The position numbers were made by a program, and so were the translations under genes. A stretch of 62,759 bases of DNA, filler included, from Rhabdomonas costata (Eukaryota): the NCBI GenBank assembly GCA_019059605.1. It is 44 parts of 44 records of this genome, joined end to end, with 100 filler letters (N's around TTAATTAATTAA, not from the genome) between each part and the next. Parts side by side here need not be neighbours in the genome. Positions count along the whole stretch, not along the records: positions 11,440 to 12,768 come from JAHMHO010019204.1; positions 12,869 to 14,197 come from JAHMHO010019205.1; positions 14,298 to 15,626 come from JAHMHO010019206.1; positions 15,727 to 17,055 come from JAHMHO010019207.1; positions 17,156 to 18,484 come from JAHMHO010019208.1; positions 18,585 to 19,907 come from JAHMHO010019209.1; positions 20,008 to 21,337 come from JAHMHO010019210.1; positions 21,438 to 22,766 come from JAHMHO010019211.1; 36 more parts are not named here. One strand, written 5' to 3'. Below are positions 12,162 to 24,772 of this stretch, in pieces (positions within the stretch are counted from its first letter, which is position 1; the number at the start of each line of letters is the position of its first letter). The notes under the pieces were generated by a model, which made no database searches, was not told where the DNA came from, and saw only the letters and a list, made by a program, of their open reading frames with translations.

Positions 12162-13204
12162 TCAAACTCCTTTTAGGGGCAGCGCTCAAAGACCACTGCG
12201 AGGCGAAGCGCAGAATTTGTTGTCAGCGAAAATGAAAAAGGCTAATGCACAGCATGGGAAAAAAATCTAACCAAATAAGTGTGAAAAAAGCACAAAAAAC
12301 TGCATTTCAAACCAAAATTTTCGAGTTTTCACAGAAGGCACTCTTTTCCAGCCCTGCACTGGGGCATTTCCGTCAAAGCGTAACCCTCAGAACAGCCCTT
12401 GCTTCCTTGCGTCGGCACCAGCAGTGGTGCCGGTACTTCGGGAACCAGAAACGCGGTTCTTGAACAACAGAAACAAAATGCAAGACACTCGCACAAGGCA
12501 ACCGTCAAGCAAGCAGATTCAGAGCTGAAAAGGATGAAAAAAAACCTAAATCAACCTTAACTTTTTGCAAGTCCCTCCAAAAAGCTCAAAATGCAGGGGA
12601 AAAAAGCGTTTTCCTGCAGCAATTGGGGCTCCAAAAGCATGCAAAGAAGGAAAATGCAAAAATGAGCAAAAATAAGCGTCTTGACTAGGACACCTTTTTT
12701 CTTCCCCTTTATTTTCCGTTTCCCCCCTTCTCCAGAAACACCTTTTCCCCTGTTCATTAACCCCCACCNNNNNNNNNNNNNNNNNNNNNNNNNNNNNNNN
12801 NNNNNNNNNNNNTTAATTAATTAANNNNNNNNNNNNNNNNNNNNNNNNNNNNNNNNNNNNNNNNNNNNTTGTTGGATGTGTTTGGGTGGTTGGGTCCGTT
12901 GACTCGGCGGGAATGGACGATGGCCTCTGCCCGCTCCGCTCGTAAACTTCCGTTCGGGTGCGCGTCCCTGGGTTCCTGCGGTCTCGGGGTGACTATATCC
13001 AGTCTCTGTCGAAATAGCGTTCGGTGCCAGGGGGGGGGGGCAAAGATATATCGACAAACACAAAAGTGGGTTCCAGACGGTGCCCTACCTGTATAGCGGC
13101 GCGATAAAAAGCCGCGCCACCACCCAAAGGCGGACAAAGGACATCACGCGCAGAGTGCTGGGAACCGCGGCAGTGGACGCCGCAGGTTTGAACGGATCGA
13201 GAAA

Positions 13205-13228
13205 GATCGAGATCGAGATCGAGATCGA
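13205..13228. repeat. (GATCGA)4 tandem repeat
   Basis: Four perfect units, plus one more at 13195-13200. Confidence 0.9.
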
Positions 13229-15517
13229 GGCACTACACAAGCATTTTGGCCGCCAGTCTCGAGCCATGCGCAACTACAACCATCCACAAAATACGTCAAA
13301 AACGTCGCGGGATTTCTCATTCCACTGTCGGCTTTACGATTCTTTCTCCGGGGGGAGGGCCACCCCAAGAGTCCCAAGAGGCAGTTTCAGGGTTCGGACC
13401 TTTCGTGTGCGTATCCTTGGGGGCGGGAATTATTACACTCAGTGTACCCTCTCTCTCCGTGCCAGTTATGGCAGAAGGGTCTTCAAGACCGTCAAGGGGG
13501 GAAATAAGACCTGGAGTCACAAGTTTGATACTTTTGGAATAAGAAGAAATATTGTCCGAACTTTCACAATGATGGCCCCCTTTTCGAACTTAAGTCGCTT
13601 GTAATCGCTGCGGGGAAAAATGCGAGTTGCAAGCAGAGTCATTCCACCAGCGGGGTGAGTGCGGCGGGGACTCAACCCAACCCAACTCAGCCCAAACAAA
13701 CGCCCGGCGCAGCCAGTCAACTGAACCGACTGCGGGGACTCCCATCTAAGCCTCCGCCCCCGCCAACGCCTACTCTGCAGGCACCGATCGGACACAGCTG
13801 CGGCACATAAGCGCTCTTGTGCCCACCATCTTACAAGAAGGAAAGAAAACGGAGACATGCACGTTCAGCTAGTCACTTCCGTCAACCTTTAAGCGTATAT
13901 TCTGTGACAACAACAACTGGAGCAGAAGGAGAGGAGAGGAGAACGCCGCCCGTGCTGCTGAAAAAGCATGCCACCGCGTCAAATACGAAAAACTAATGAA
14001 GACAGAAGCACCTGAAGGGCGATGCGGTGCATGGGCGCAGGTACAAAAGATACATACACATCTCTACAGCTCCGAAGTGCAGAGCAAAAAAGTTATGTCT
14101 TAAACAGAAACTGCTGAAGTTCTGAAAACGACAGCTCCTCCCTCCTCCCTTCCTGTTGCACGTGAACGCAGGGAGGGTAGGCAGCACACAACCCAACNNN
14201 NNNNNNNNNNNNNNNNNNNNNNNNNNNNNNNNNNNNNNNNNTTAATTAATTAANNNNNNNNNNNNNNNNNNNNNNNNNNNNNNNNNNNNNNNNNNNNTCA
14301 AGGGGTGCCTACCGTCATGTGGGGCACTTGCCTGAAGTAGGGTCGCGCAGCATTCCTTTGTGGATGCGTCATAGCCGTGTTCTGTTATATGCGCTTTGCT
14401 TTTGTGATCCGTTTTCTCGTTGACCTGCGCTCATCTGGTGTGAATGGTGTTCTGAAGTTGGGTGCACGTCCATATAGGGCCGCGTGTAGGGCCGCTACGT
14501 ATAGGGCCGCATATAGGCTGCGGAGAGCAAACATAGCTGTCGTACGTGCACACAATCATGGGGGAGCGTGATTCGAGCAGGATCCCCGCTGCGTCACCCC
14601 GAATCCGCTCGTTCTGTGCTTGTGCTCCCTCTCGTTCGCATTCTTATGCCTCTCCCCAGGCGAGTGAAAGTCTCAAGAATCCTCACAGTTACACATCCTT
14701 ACAGCCTAAAGCGGTGTTTGTCGTGCCCCTTGTACCCAAACCTGTGCTTAGGGTTTACTTGCGTGTGCCCGCTCGGCCCACCGGAAGCTTTTGGGCCGGT
14801 GGGCTTTGGTGTAGTGTGCGACAGTTTTGAGCGCTGGTCATTCCTCGCAATGGAAATGCCCTTTTGTCGATGTACGATGTACGAGGCCAATTGTACCTTG
14901 TGCATTCAAGCATCACAGTTTCGTGTCTGGGTAAAGTTAGTGCTGTGCCGTGCACACAACACCGTGGAGCGAGTAGCCATCCAGAGTGCCTTACATGACT
15001 GATTCCCCCGTCTTATTTTGAATTCATCCACAGCCGACCTTCACCTCTGCGGGACAATGTGCTGTGCATTCTCGGATTTCGCAGTTGTTTGCAGTGGATT
15101 AAGCAAGCATCCCTGAAACTGGGAAGATTGATTGTCCACTTCTTTAAAAGTTGAAATTTTCACCAGTGCCTTCCTGCTCTGGGTGAATGAGATTTTGGGT
15201 TGCACTCAGAAATTACCAAAGGAGTGCGGTCTTCGTCTTCATGCACAATATGGTATGAGTGAAATGTCAATCTCTGACCCCTTCAGGTTGGGAACTGTTT
15301 TTTCCTTAGCTCACCGAACGTTCACTCCACCCAAAACGCCATACGCTTCCTTTTAATTGCTCCAGAGGGGCAGGTACGCAGGTGCTGTGTTCCGGGTGTG
15401 TGTGTGTGTGTGTGTCGGGTAAGTCGGGTCAGAACAGATAATCTTCGCGAATGGAATCCCATTCACCGTGTGTGCTTCACCTTTTTTCTCTCGCTCCAAC
15501 CTTTTCAGGCGTTTGTC

Positions 15518-15622
15518 TGTGTGATCGTGTTGTGTGTCTCAGGGGAGAGGGGGAAGGTGTTCTTCCCTTTAAAAAAACAGCCCCGCCAACCTCTCCCCTG
15601 AGACACACAACACGATCACACA
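15518..15622. repeat. Contig-end perfect inverted repeat (33-bp arms), probable fold-back
   Basis: 15518-15550 is the reverse complement of 15590-15622. Confidence 0.9.
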
Positions 15623-16072
15623 ACACNNNNNNNNNNNNNNNNNNNNNNNNNNNNNNNNNNNNNNNNNNNNTTAATTAATTAANNNNNNNNNNNNNNNNNN
15701 NNNNNNNNNNNNNNNNNNNNNNNNNNTCACGCTCTGCAAACCCACCGCCCTCGGTACCCTCTGCAAGGCCCTCCTGGTCTCCGCTCGGCTTTGGCCTGCG
15801 GCTGAGCTGCAGGGTGTCCGACAGAAGGGCGACGCTGATCTGGTGGGTCATCTGCGCACAACATATAATGACAGGGTGGGGTGGGGCACAAGAGTAACAT
15901 TTCGCGGGGATTGAGAGAAAGTCCACCTAAACGAAGGACCAGTGCAGCCCTAAATTCCGCTGTTTGCGGAGAATTAGATTCGAGCCGATAAAGGGCATAA
16001 GTCCTGAAACCCCATCAAAAGAGATTTTAATATCCTTGTAAAATTAATCGAACCTTAAAAAATATTTCAACA

Positions 16073-16116
16073 GACCAAAATATTGACAAAAATATAGACC
16101 AAAATATAGACAAAAA
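16073..16116. repeat. 12-bp minisatellite GAC(C/A)AAAATAT(A/T), about 3.7 copies
   Basis: Read directly from the sequence. Confidence 0.85.
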
Positions 16117-18405
16117 ATTAGCTGATGTGTGCTCCGCTCCGGCTCCCGGCTCCCGGCTCCGAGGGTAAATTCGCCCCACACACATACCGAGAATCACAGC
16201 ATCCTCAAAACACAAGATGGCAAATTACGGAAAGGGCGAAAAGCTATAAAAAAAAATAAGCGAAGGTGCTATTTTGAATCGCTGACCTCAGGCAAAACGA
16301 AAAATACATCCCAAGATGGTTCTAGGTTTCTGCAGAAGAGGTCGCCTCTGATGTTCTAGGTCGATTTACCTCATCCAGGCCACCCCAAAATTAGCAATTC
16401 AAGGGCAAATGCAGCCTCATAGCAAAGAATGGATGTGCTCTGTTAGCGCTGGTATACATCAAACATCAAAAGATGCAAATTCAGGAAGTGCCGATGGGGC
16501 TCCTGGGCTCTTGAACAGGTCAAAGCTGGGGGCTTCCGCACCAGGCCCCTGGAGCCACGGAGACCACAACACCCGCCCACGCTTCGCCACACCCCCGCCT
16601 ACCTCTTGGTGCAGTGCACCGCTATACCCTTAAATGCTAAGTACCGCCTATAGGTCACAACCCGAAAAACCATACAGCCTGTACAGGCCCCAAAGGAAGG
16701 GGTCCATGAAATTTTCCCTATCCAGCCTAGATTGCGCAACCCCCCCCTCCTCAGGCCGCCCCCAAACACACAGTATTGTACAGCCCGCTTCTATTCCATG
16801 CGGGGGGCACCCCCAACAGCTGCACAGCTGGGCGATGGGGCCTTCAAGGGTTTATACAGGTCCAGTGGGCCCATACGCCGGATGGGCCCACCAAGCCAAA
16901 ATTACACAGCAGACTGGTACCAATGTACAGCCCGACCCCACTTGTGTGTGGGGGTCCCCTCTGGGTAGTTGGGCATGGTGCCTTGGCAAAGCCAAGAAAT
17001 GCAAAAGGGGCTTTTGGGTTCTCGAAAAGCGGAGCAGGGCATACACACCAACCCCNNNNNNNNNNNNNNNNNNNNNNNNNNNNNNNNNNNNNNNNNNNNT
17101 TAATTAATTAANNNNNNNNNNNNNNNNNNNNNNNNNNNNNNNNNNNNNNNNNNNNTGTGGGGTGGCACGGCGACCCCTGCCACCCTAGGCCTGGCGCTCA
17201 GCTCCAGCTCCTGCTTCGAGAAGCTGCCCTGCCCCAGCCTTCCCGTTAGCCCCACCAAGATGGACCCCGAGCCTTGCAGCCTGATCAGTATGATGCTGCG
17301 AGCCCGGCCATCGTTCCGGGGCCCATACAGCGTCTTCTAGAAACGCTTTTGCCCTTCCCTGCTCTCGGTGTGGCGGAGATGTGGTGAGGGTAACGGAAAC
17401 CCTCTGAGTTGTGGACTGACTTTACCCTAGCGCCTTCCAAGCAAAGAGAAGAGGGGGGAAGTGGCATTGGCGCAGCTCATGTTGACATGCTAACAGAATT
17501 GAAGTGAATTGTTCGAAATATTTTGGGGATTGGGGGGAGGGGAGATCCCAGTGCTGGAGGACAGGAGCGCAGATAGTTCCTCTGCGCTTCCTTTTTTCAA
17601 ACAGGTGTACGAGTGGAGCAGCGCTGCTGCTGTTTCTTTTGTCCTCTTGCTCTTGCTCTTGTACAGGTGCAGGTCAATGATGATATTTTGGTGAAATTGT
17701 GACAGCACTCCACATCAAGCAAGCTGTCCAAGGTCTCCGTCTTCCGTCTTTTTTTTGTTACTGACGCGCTCATACCCTAACACACACACATATTTCTCTT
17801 CATGCGATGGCTGGTCTCGTTGACAGCGATGCTTCGGAGAAGCATACTTGTTTTGTGCCTTTCAAATGCGCCTGCCCATCTACCGCTTTCCATTGAGACA
17901 GTTGAGGCGCGTGCGTACAGATGGCGCTGTGCCTTAAGGTTTTCCTTGTGATGTAGCCAAGGCGTACAGTTCCATTGCCTCGATACCTCGCTCTTCCGTC
18001 CCCTCAATTCTTCCCATTTCCGCTCTCGTGATTGCACTTGTGCTCACCTCCAACCCGTCTGCGTGCACGCACACACGTTATGGTTTTCCATTGGTGCTTG
18101 TCGTCTGTCTTTTGCCCGTGTGACCTCACCACTTAATCATTGCTTGCAAGTGAAAACTTTGCTCCGCCGTCGATGGGATGGTTGTAATAGGGATGGACCC
18201 CACCAAATCATAACTAGAGAAACCGTCTGATGCACCGTGATGAGTGGTGTGTTGCACGCCATAGCAAGAGCAACTAAAGAGCAAGGGGCGTGGGGGAACG
18301 CCCATCATGTCCCGACATTTTTTGACGTTCCATCACTGAAATATACGGGATTGAAGCGGAGCTAACTGATAACGCCTCTCAAATGGGTCTTCAAATGGGT
18401 TTTCT

Positions 18406-18477
18406 GTGCTTGACGTTCCTGCCTACTTACCCGATAAAGCTGCAGCTGTGGGAAACCTTGGCAGGAACGTCAAGCAC
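18406..18477. repeat. Contig-end inverted repeat (18-bp arms), probable fold-back
   Basis: gtgcttgacgttcctgcc / ggcaggaacgtcaagcac. Confidence 0.85.
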
Positions 18478-19526
18478 CAAAACCNNNNNNNNNNNNNNNN
18501 NNNNNNNNNNNNNNNNNNNNNNNNNNNNTTAATTAATTAANNNNNNNNNNNNNNNNNNNNNNNNNNNNNNNNNNNNNNNNNNNNTTTGTCCATCATCTTG
18601 AGTTTCGTTACTGCTTCGTTAAACTCTGGTCATTCTTCACGCAACTTATACTTATGACCCCCACCTGGTGCAATTGCTGGCCCCGATGTTCCACAGGGGA
18701 AGTCCTGGTTGGGTGGGGCCAGAGCTGCCTTTACCTTTTCGCCAAAGCGAAACCAGCGTGGTATAGTGTTATGCGGGTTCGAGCCGATTTCGGTTGCCTG
18801 ACAGCATCCACACCAGTGTTTGCCCTTCACATCCAGGTCAGGGTGAGTAGGAAGGGATGCCAGTCCATCCTCACAGTGTGTGGGCAGGGCTTATTTTGGT
18901 AGGGGTTCCTAAGAATTATCTTTCGGTTGATGCAGAAGTTGAGTCGGCTGAGGAGGTGAGGTGAGGATCACCTCCTGGCTGTCGCTTGCAACTAGAGGCC
19001 AGAGCACTGCAGAGCTCCAGAAGCGCACGTAGTGTGCGGTGATGTATCATCATTCATGTATCATTACACTTGCGGACTCTCCGGTCAACTTTATTTTGGC
19101 CCATTGAGGGAACTACCGTAAATTTCCCGCAGCGAATGCAAGTTTTCCTCTCCTTTTTTTTTGGGGATTCAAAGAGGCAGTTAAAGTGCCTCTAACACAA
19201 CCCTTCCAAGGCAGCTCTCCCCCGCAGCATTCCAGAGCAGGGCAGGGTAGTAGTGTCCTGGGTTGGGAAGAGAGGGGCTCAGGAACGCAAGAGCACTGCC
19301 AGATTGGTGGGTTGTAAAAAAAAACGCTTGAGAAGTTGGGCTAACACGTCAAGTGGAACAAGCGCAACTCACAGGAAGGTAATCTACTTTTTTACAATAC
19401 CATGCACGCAACTGTGCAACTGCCACTATTGTTTCGCAGGTGCAACGGGTTAAAACCCTTCCCCGGCAAAAATAATGATGGGCATCCGGGGCATAAGTTG
19501 CCTTCCCCCCCCCCCCATTCACACAC

Positions 19527-19779
19527 CGAGCTGCTCACGGCGTGGGCGGCCGGGATCTCCACGATCTCTAGGTCGGGGAAGTGCCCGTCGCTCTTCTGCC
19601 TGCGCAGCCACATCCCCACACTGGTGGCGCCCCGGGTGGTGGCGCCTCCAGATTCTCCCTCGGGTCCAGCCCCTGCGGCGCGGCGGTGGGGCGGGACCAG
19701 TGCGGCGTGGGGGAGGTACCCCAGCACCTCGCAGTCCAGAACCACCACTGCCATCCCACGGGCCTTCGCCGGGGCCACG
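19527..19779 (-). CDS. Probable GC-rich exon of an unknown protein
   Basis: ggcag|...AVVVLDCEVLGYLPH...HFPDLEIVEIPAAHAVSSS|gtgtgt, with GC-rich third codon positions. Confidence 0.45.
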
Positions 19780-19805
19780 CTGCCAACCTTTCATATTGTG
19801 AGTGA

Positions 19806-19903
19806 GTGGGTCAGAGAACAGCAGACTCACTTCGGCGTTGCCATATCGCAATCGCTTACACCGTTTGCCGATGCCGAAGTGAGTCTGCTGTTCTCTGACC
19901 CAC
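19806..19903. repeat. Contig-end perfect inverted repeat (31-bp arms), probable fold-back
   Basis: 19806-19836 is the reverse complement of 19873-19903. Confidence 0.9.
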
Positions 19904-20264
19904 ACCCNNNNNNNNNNNNNNNNNNNNNNNNNNNNNNNNNNNNNNNNNNNNTTAATTAATTAANNNNNNNNNNNNNNNNNNNNNNNNNNNNNNNNNNNNN
20001 NNNNNNNCACCTTGCGAAACAACACAGCACTCCACCTCCACAACAACACTGTCCACCGCTCAAAGTACCGCTGCAATCACACCAAAGACAAATAACGTAG
20101 ATTATTAGCGAAAGTACTCTGCTGCTCCACATGAAAGGTAACAACACACAGCAACAAAGACAACTCAGCTCAGCTCTTCGTCAAACACGACGAAATCTTC
20201 TGCTATCTAATACGAAGCTCTACGAAGTTCCTTCTTCACCAACCACCATCACCAACCACATACA

Positions 20265-20663
20265 AAAACAACGTAGCCTCGGACTCAGCTGACCATCGTC
20301 CGTGAGGTATAACCTCACTTTTCATTCCACACTTCGCACAGTCATTGCATTCAACAACTCATACCACGGTGCTGACACGCAGTTGGGCGTCACCAGTAGC
20401 ACCATTGACACTTCCGTACGAATCTTTTCCAACACCAGTGGAATAAGGCTCCACGGTGGGTTCGCATACAAACACACTTCAGAACTCCACACATATGCGA
20501 ACGCGTTCCAACCTAACGCTTCCTCTTCATCCTCTTCCAGGGTAAAATACCTTGGAAGCTGATGATACCTTCTCGACGCAAACAAGTCCACACACGGTAC
20601 TACCAACAAATTTCTACACATAGTGATGAAGATCGTTGGTTCCACTTTTACATCCTCCTCCAT
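20265..20663 (-). mobile_element. Retroelement-type DNA N6-adenine methyltransferase (Dam-like) domain, probably inactivated
   Basis: VDLFASRRYHQLPRYF (motif I region)...NAFAYVWS...LYANPPWSLIPLVLEKIR...LLVTP...PWYELL. An in-frame TGA at 20322-20324 is followed by KVRLYLTDDGQLSP. Confidence 0.88.
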
Positions 20664-20780
20664 CCCGAAATTTGGGAGAGGAATCCATCATTCAACCATA
20701 GGCAACATCACTTCACCATAACAATCAACACATCATCAACACATTCTGCATGTACGATCGACACATTCGAACCTCCAACA

Positions 20781-21300
20781 TTACCACCACGAAGTAAGGA
20801 AAGGCGAGGACCCACTGATCATCTCTCCATCCTGCCTTGCAGGAATCTGCTCCGGTCTGATCTCTCCAAGCGCTCTCCACCTGGCTGCCATGCTCTCACC
20901 CCAAGCTTTCGCTTCAGGCGAGACATCGACTGCTTCCTCGTCCGAGCGGACTCCCTGATACTGCCCACTGAGGGCTGGGTCCTGACCCGGATCCCTGATG
21001 CGTTCAAGCAACTTTCTCAGATCGGGAGTAATCCCGCTACTGACCTCATCCGATCTTGGCTCCGTATACTCATGATGCTGCGGAGGCTCGTCCTCTACGA
21101 CCTCCTCGTCATAATATTCTTCTGCTATCTCGTCACCTTTAACTTCCATCTCAATCTCCTGAGGTCTGTCCGGAACCTTCAACGCTTTACGATCCTCTTC
21201 TTTCGAGCTCCACTCTGGTATAACTCTCCAACCTCTGCACTTTTATCAGCACCTTCCCAACGACAAGCACTTTTGGTACCTTCTTCCTCCGACCAAGCCT
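20781..21300 (-). other. Acidic low-complexity coding-like stretch upstream of the methyltransferase
   Basis: EIEMEVKGDEIAEEYYDEEVVEDEPPQ... on the same strand with no evident splice structure. Probably a polyprotein linker. Confidence 0.45.
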
Positions 21301-22872
21301 GAACATCATCTTCACACTCTGTGACCCAACCCCACCCNNNNNNNNNNNNNNNNNNNNNNNNNNNNNNNNNNNNNNNNNNNNTTAATTAATTAANNNNNNN
21401 NNNNNNNNNNNNNNNNNNNNNNNNNNNNNNNNNNNNNGTGTTGGGTGTGGTTGGTGGGGGTGGTGGAGCGCACAGAAAAAAAGGTTAAGCTACTGCGGCC
21501 CCTTCCAGGCGGCAGGTGGACAAGGGTTCGGTGCTGCGGGCACCATAACACGTGAACAGATGACGGTGGAACAGTGCCCCGTCGGCACAGGCCATTAGGC
21601 TCGCGCAGGTGAACGGGGCAGGCTCCATGAAGAAGAGAGCAGTGGGCAAAGGAGAGTCAGAGAGGTCTGGGGGGTTTGGTGGAGGAACAAAAAAACATAA
21701 GGCAGGGATTCTGTGAATGAGTTATTGCAAAAAAAAACGACCTGCTTCGGTGGGACGAGAAAGTCCACATCATAATACTCACGTGAAGAGCATGGCAGAA
21801 ACAAGGAGAAAAACAAGAGGGGAGGCAGCGCCAGGGTTGCCACGAAAATACGGGAGTAGTAAAGTGGGGGGAGCTGTAGACCCACCTTGAGGGTTCCTGC
21901 CTCCACCGCTGTCCCAGACGCTCAGTACAGATCCTCGGAGTGCCACTCTCTCTGAACTCTAAGGAGATTCAAGCAAACACAAACCCGACCCTCCACTTTC
22001 TCCGGTGGCTCACTCCTGCGCCCGCGCCTGGGTCAGGCACACTACATACCACCTACAATGCGTGCACTGCACGCGACGCAAACTTTGTGCATTCGTGAAG
22101 GGTGATTTTTTTCGGGGGAGGACTCCCATGTAAAACACACCTGTACAAAATCCCCAAACAAACAAATGAACAAACGAATAAAAATGCGCGCAGACAAATG
22201 ACACACCGCAGTAGAAGCTGCACCCCTGCACCCCAAACACGGCGTGGGTGCAACCGCTGTCCTATGACGAAGACGCACACTCACATCCATGTAAGCATCG
22301 CGCCAGAGGCTGTCGCCCCTTAAAAGAGACGGCCCTTCGAGGGGCTGGACTGTCCCTCCTCACCCCACGCCACGCGGGCACCACCCTGGGGATGCCGCGG
22401 CGGTGGTGAAGAGACCACCTGCCGAGCACGAGCGAGGGGAACCTGTAACGGGGACAGGTCAGCCAGTGTCGTTGGCCCAGAGGACTCAGAGCAAGGCACC
22501 AGCAAGGAGAGCTTCCGCCCTGACAGTGTTTTGGGTTGGGGGGATTGGTTTTACCGCTGGCCAGAAGTGACGAAGCGGATCAAAGATCAAAGCAAACCGC
22601 CACAATCTCAAACAAAGAGCGGCCTGGTGCCCAATCAAGGAAAGACGCAGGTACTGTGCAACGTGGACGAATTCACTACAAATTTGACCTGTGGTCTGCC
22701 TATGGGCAATGCGAATAGGTATGGCGATACAACAACCAACCCAAACACACACAACCACACCCAACCNNNNNNNNNNNNNNNNNNNNNNNNNNNNNNNNNN
22801 NNNNNNNNNNTTAATTAATTAANNNNNNNNNNNNNNNNNNNNNNNNNNNNNNNNNNNNNNNNNNNNTTGTTG

Positions 22873-22993
22873 GGGTGCTGAAATTTGGCTGCAATTCTCT
22901 GGCTGCAGTGCAACATCCAGGTTTTCTTTCCAAACACAATCCATTCCGGCAGTGGCACTGCAGCCAGAGAATTGCAGCCAAATTTCAGCACCC
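22873..22993. repeat. Contig-end perfect inverted repeat (39-bp arms), probable fold-back
   Basis: 22873-22911 is the reverse complement of 22955-22993. Confidence 0.9.
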
Positions 22994-23672
22994 TAAAAAG
23001 TGGCGGAAGGCCACAGCTCTTCAGTAAGGGAACGATACCTTCAGCAAAATATGCTGCCTGATCATGAGTCGGCCCACTCCACACAGAAGCCGGCGTCAGT
23101 TCCCGAATGGAGCACTCCACTCCGAAGACATTCAGTTTCCTCTCCTTCAGCAAGCCGGAGAAATGCTCAGGAGAGGCGGGAATTATCTCGGCGAATCCAC
23201 CGTGTTCAAACGGGGGGCGAATGTCCACTACACCGCTCCCGTGAAGGGACTGAAGGATGGCCCGGGTGAACGCCTCCTCATCGAATGCGAATAATACACT
23301 ATGGTCGTTCTCCATATGTAAAGGGGTGAAAAGAACACCACCTATCGCTCTCGGGCCGAACAGCAATGCGTCTTGGGCTTCCTGGGAGGAGCCAAACAAA
23401 GCTCGGCAGTGTCCGGACCGGCGGTGGTAAGTGGCCAGTTGGGGGGTAGAAAAGGAGGGCCGCATCAGCCGCAAAAGGATTGCGGAGAAGGGAAAGCCAA
23501 GCCAAAGTGTCCTGGTTTCCGAGGGCAGTGCTGGTGGGGAGGAAGTGCTGGCGGCGGCAGTGGAAGCGGCACGACCTGGAACCCAACAACGAAAAGCTTG
23601 ATATAACAAGGAAACGAAGCAACTCCTGAAGTATGCAGGAAAATTAGCAAAAACAACAACACCAACGACCAA
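22912..23672 (-). CDS. Long intronless ORF with two divergent RRM-like segments; possible non-LTR retrotransposon ORF1
   Basis: RRSGHCRALFGSSQEAQDAL and GGFAEIIPASPEHFSGLLKERKLNVFGVECSIRE resemble RNP1-helix-beta patterns. About 250 codons open and truncated by the contig end. Confidence 0.4.
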
Positions 23673-24772
23673 TAATATTTATCTGCATCTCAGAAACCAA
23701 CTTCAATTCAACGGATCACCTCAAAACTAACCCAACACACTTTCAAAACCAAGAAAGAAAAAACCCATCAAAAACTACACCTGCAGGATTTGAGGGAAGC
23801 AAACACGAGCAAGTGATTCCAACACTACAGAGAGGCACAAGAAAACAGCGCACGATTCAATAATTTGGAATATACCGGGTGAAAGCCCAAAGCATCTCCA
23901 TAATCGCAGCCTAGGAGACGATGGCCCATAGAAGGTCACGGGAGCAGTGCAGGAGAAACGACCGGACTGAGCACAGCGGGCCAGAAGAAAGCCAAGTACA
24001 GCACCCGCAGAAAAATGTAAGCTCATTCTCACAGCGACAGGGGAAAAATGTCTTTCCCCACAAAAAAAGCCTGTCCAGATTGTCGAAAAGGGGTGAAGAC
24101 TTCCGCCCAGATGCGACAACCCCCACTATGCGAGCTCACAAAAAAAGTTCTCTCGGAAAATTTTCTTTCCGGTTTGCAGATTTGCCCACACAACANNNNN
24201 NNNNNNNNNNNNNNNNNNNNNNNNNNNNNNNNNNNNNNNTTAATTAATTAANNNNNNNNNNNNNNNNNNNNNNNNNNNNNNNNNNNNNNNNNNNNTTTTG
24301 GTGTTACAAGTGCTCTGGACGCTGTGGTGCAGGGACACTTGTTACAGCAAAAAAGGCTCAGCATACACCACTCCAACCTTTGGGTGTGGTGTCGTAATGT
24401 ATTCTTCTTATTCTGTTTATTTGCTGCCTTGTGATGCTTTGGTGGGTTCTTTGTCTTCGGACTTCTTGGGCTTTGTGGTGCGGATCTTTTTATGATGCTG
24501 TCGTAGTAATTGCTGCAGCTGCAGCTGCATCAGGAATCAAGGTAACTGCACTTGTCCATTTATATTTTGTCTGGCCTTCTCATTGACGCTCAAACTTTTA
24601 CAAGGAGACCGGCGCCACCTGGGGCAACTGGAACTTCAATGTCACCAGCAATGATAAGACTGAGTAGGGGCAATGTGAATCCCGGCTATATTTTCGGTTT
24701 TTGGATTGAGCGTGCGTTGGGCTATCAGGCACAGCTATTGCTTGTTTGTCTTGAATGCAGTCCTCTCAATGT

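Noticed and set aside
20562-21302. 246-aa plus-strand ORF
   Set aside because: Antisense shadow of the acidic linker and methyltransferase region, with no motifs of its own.
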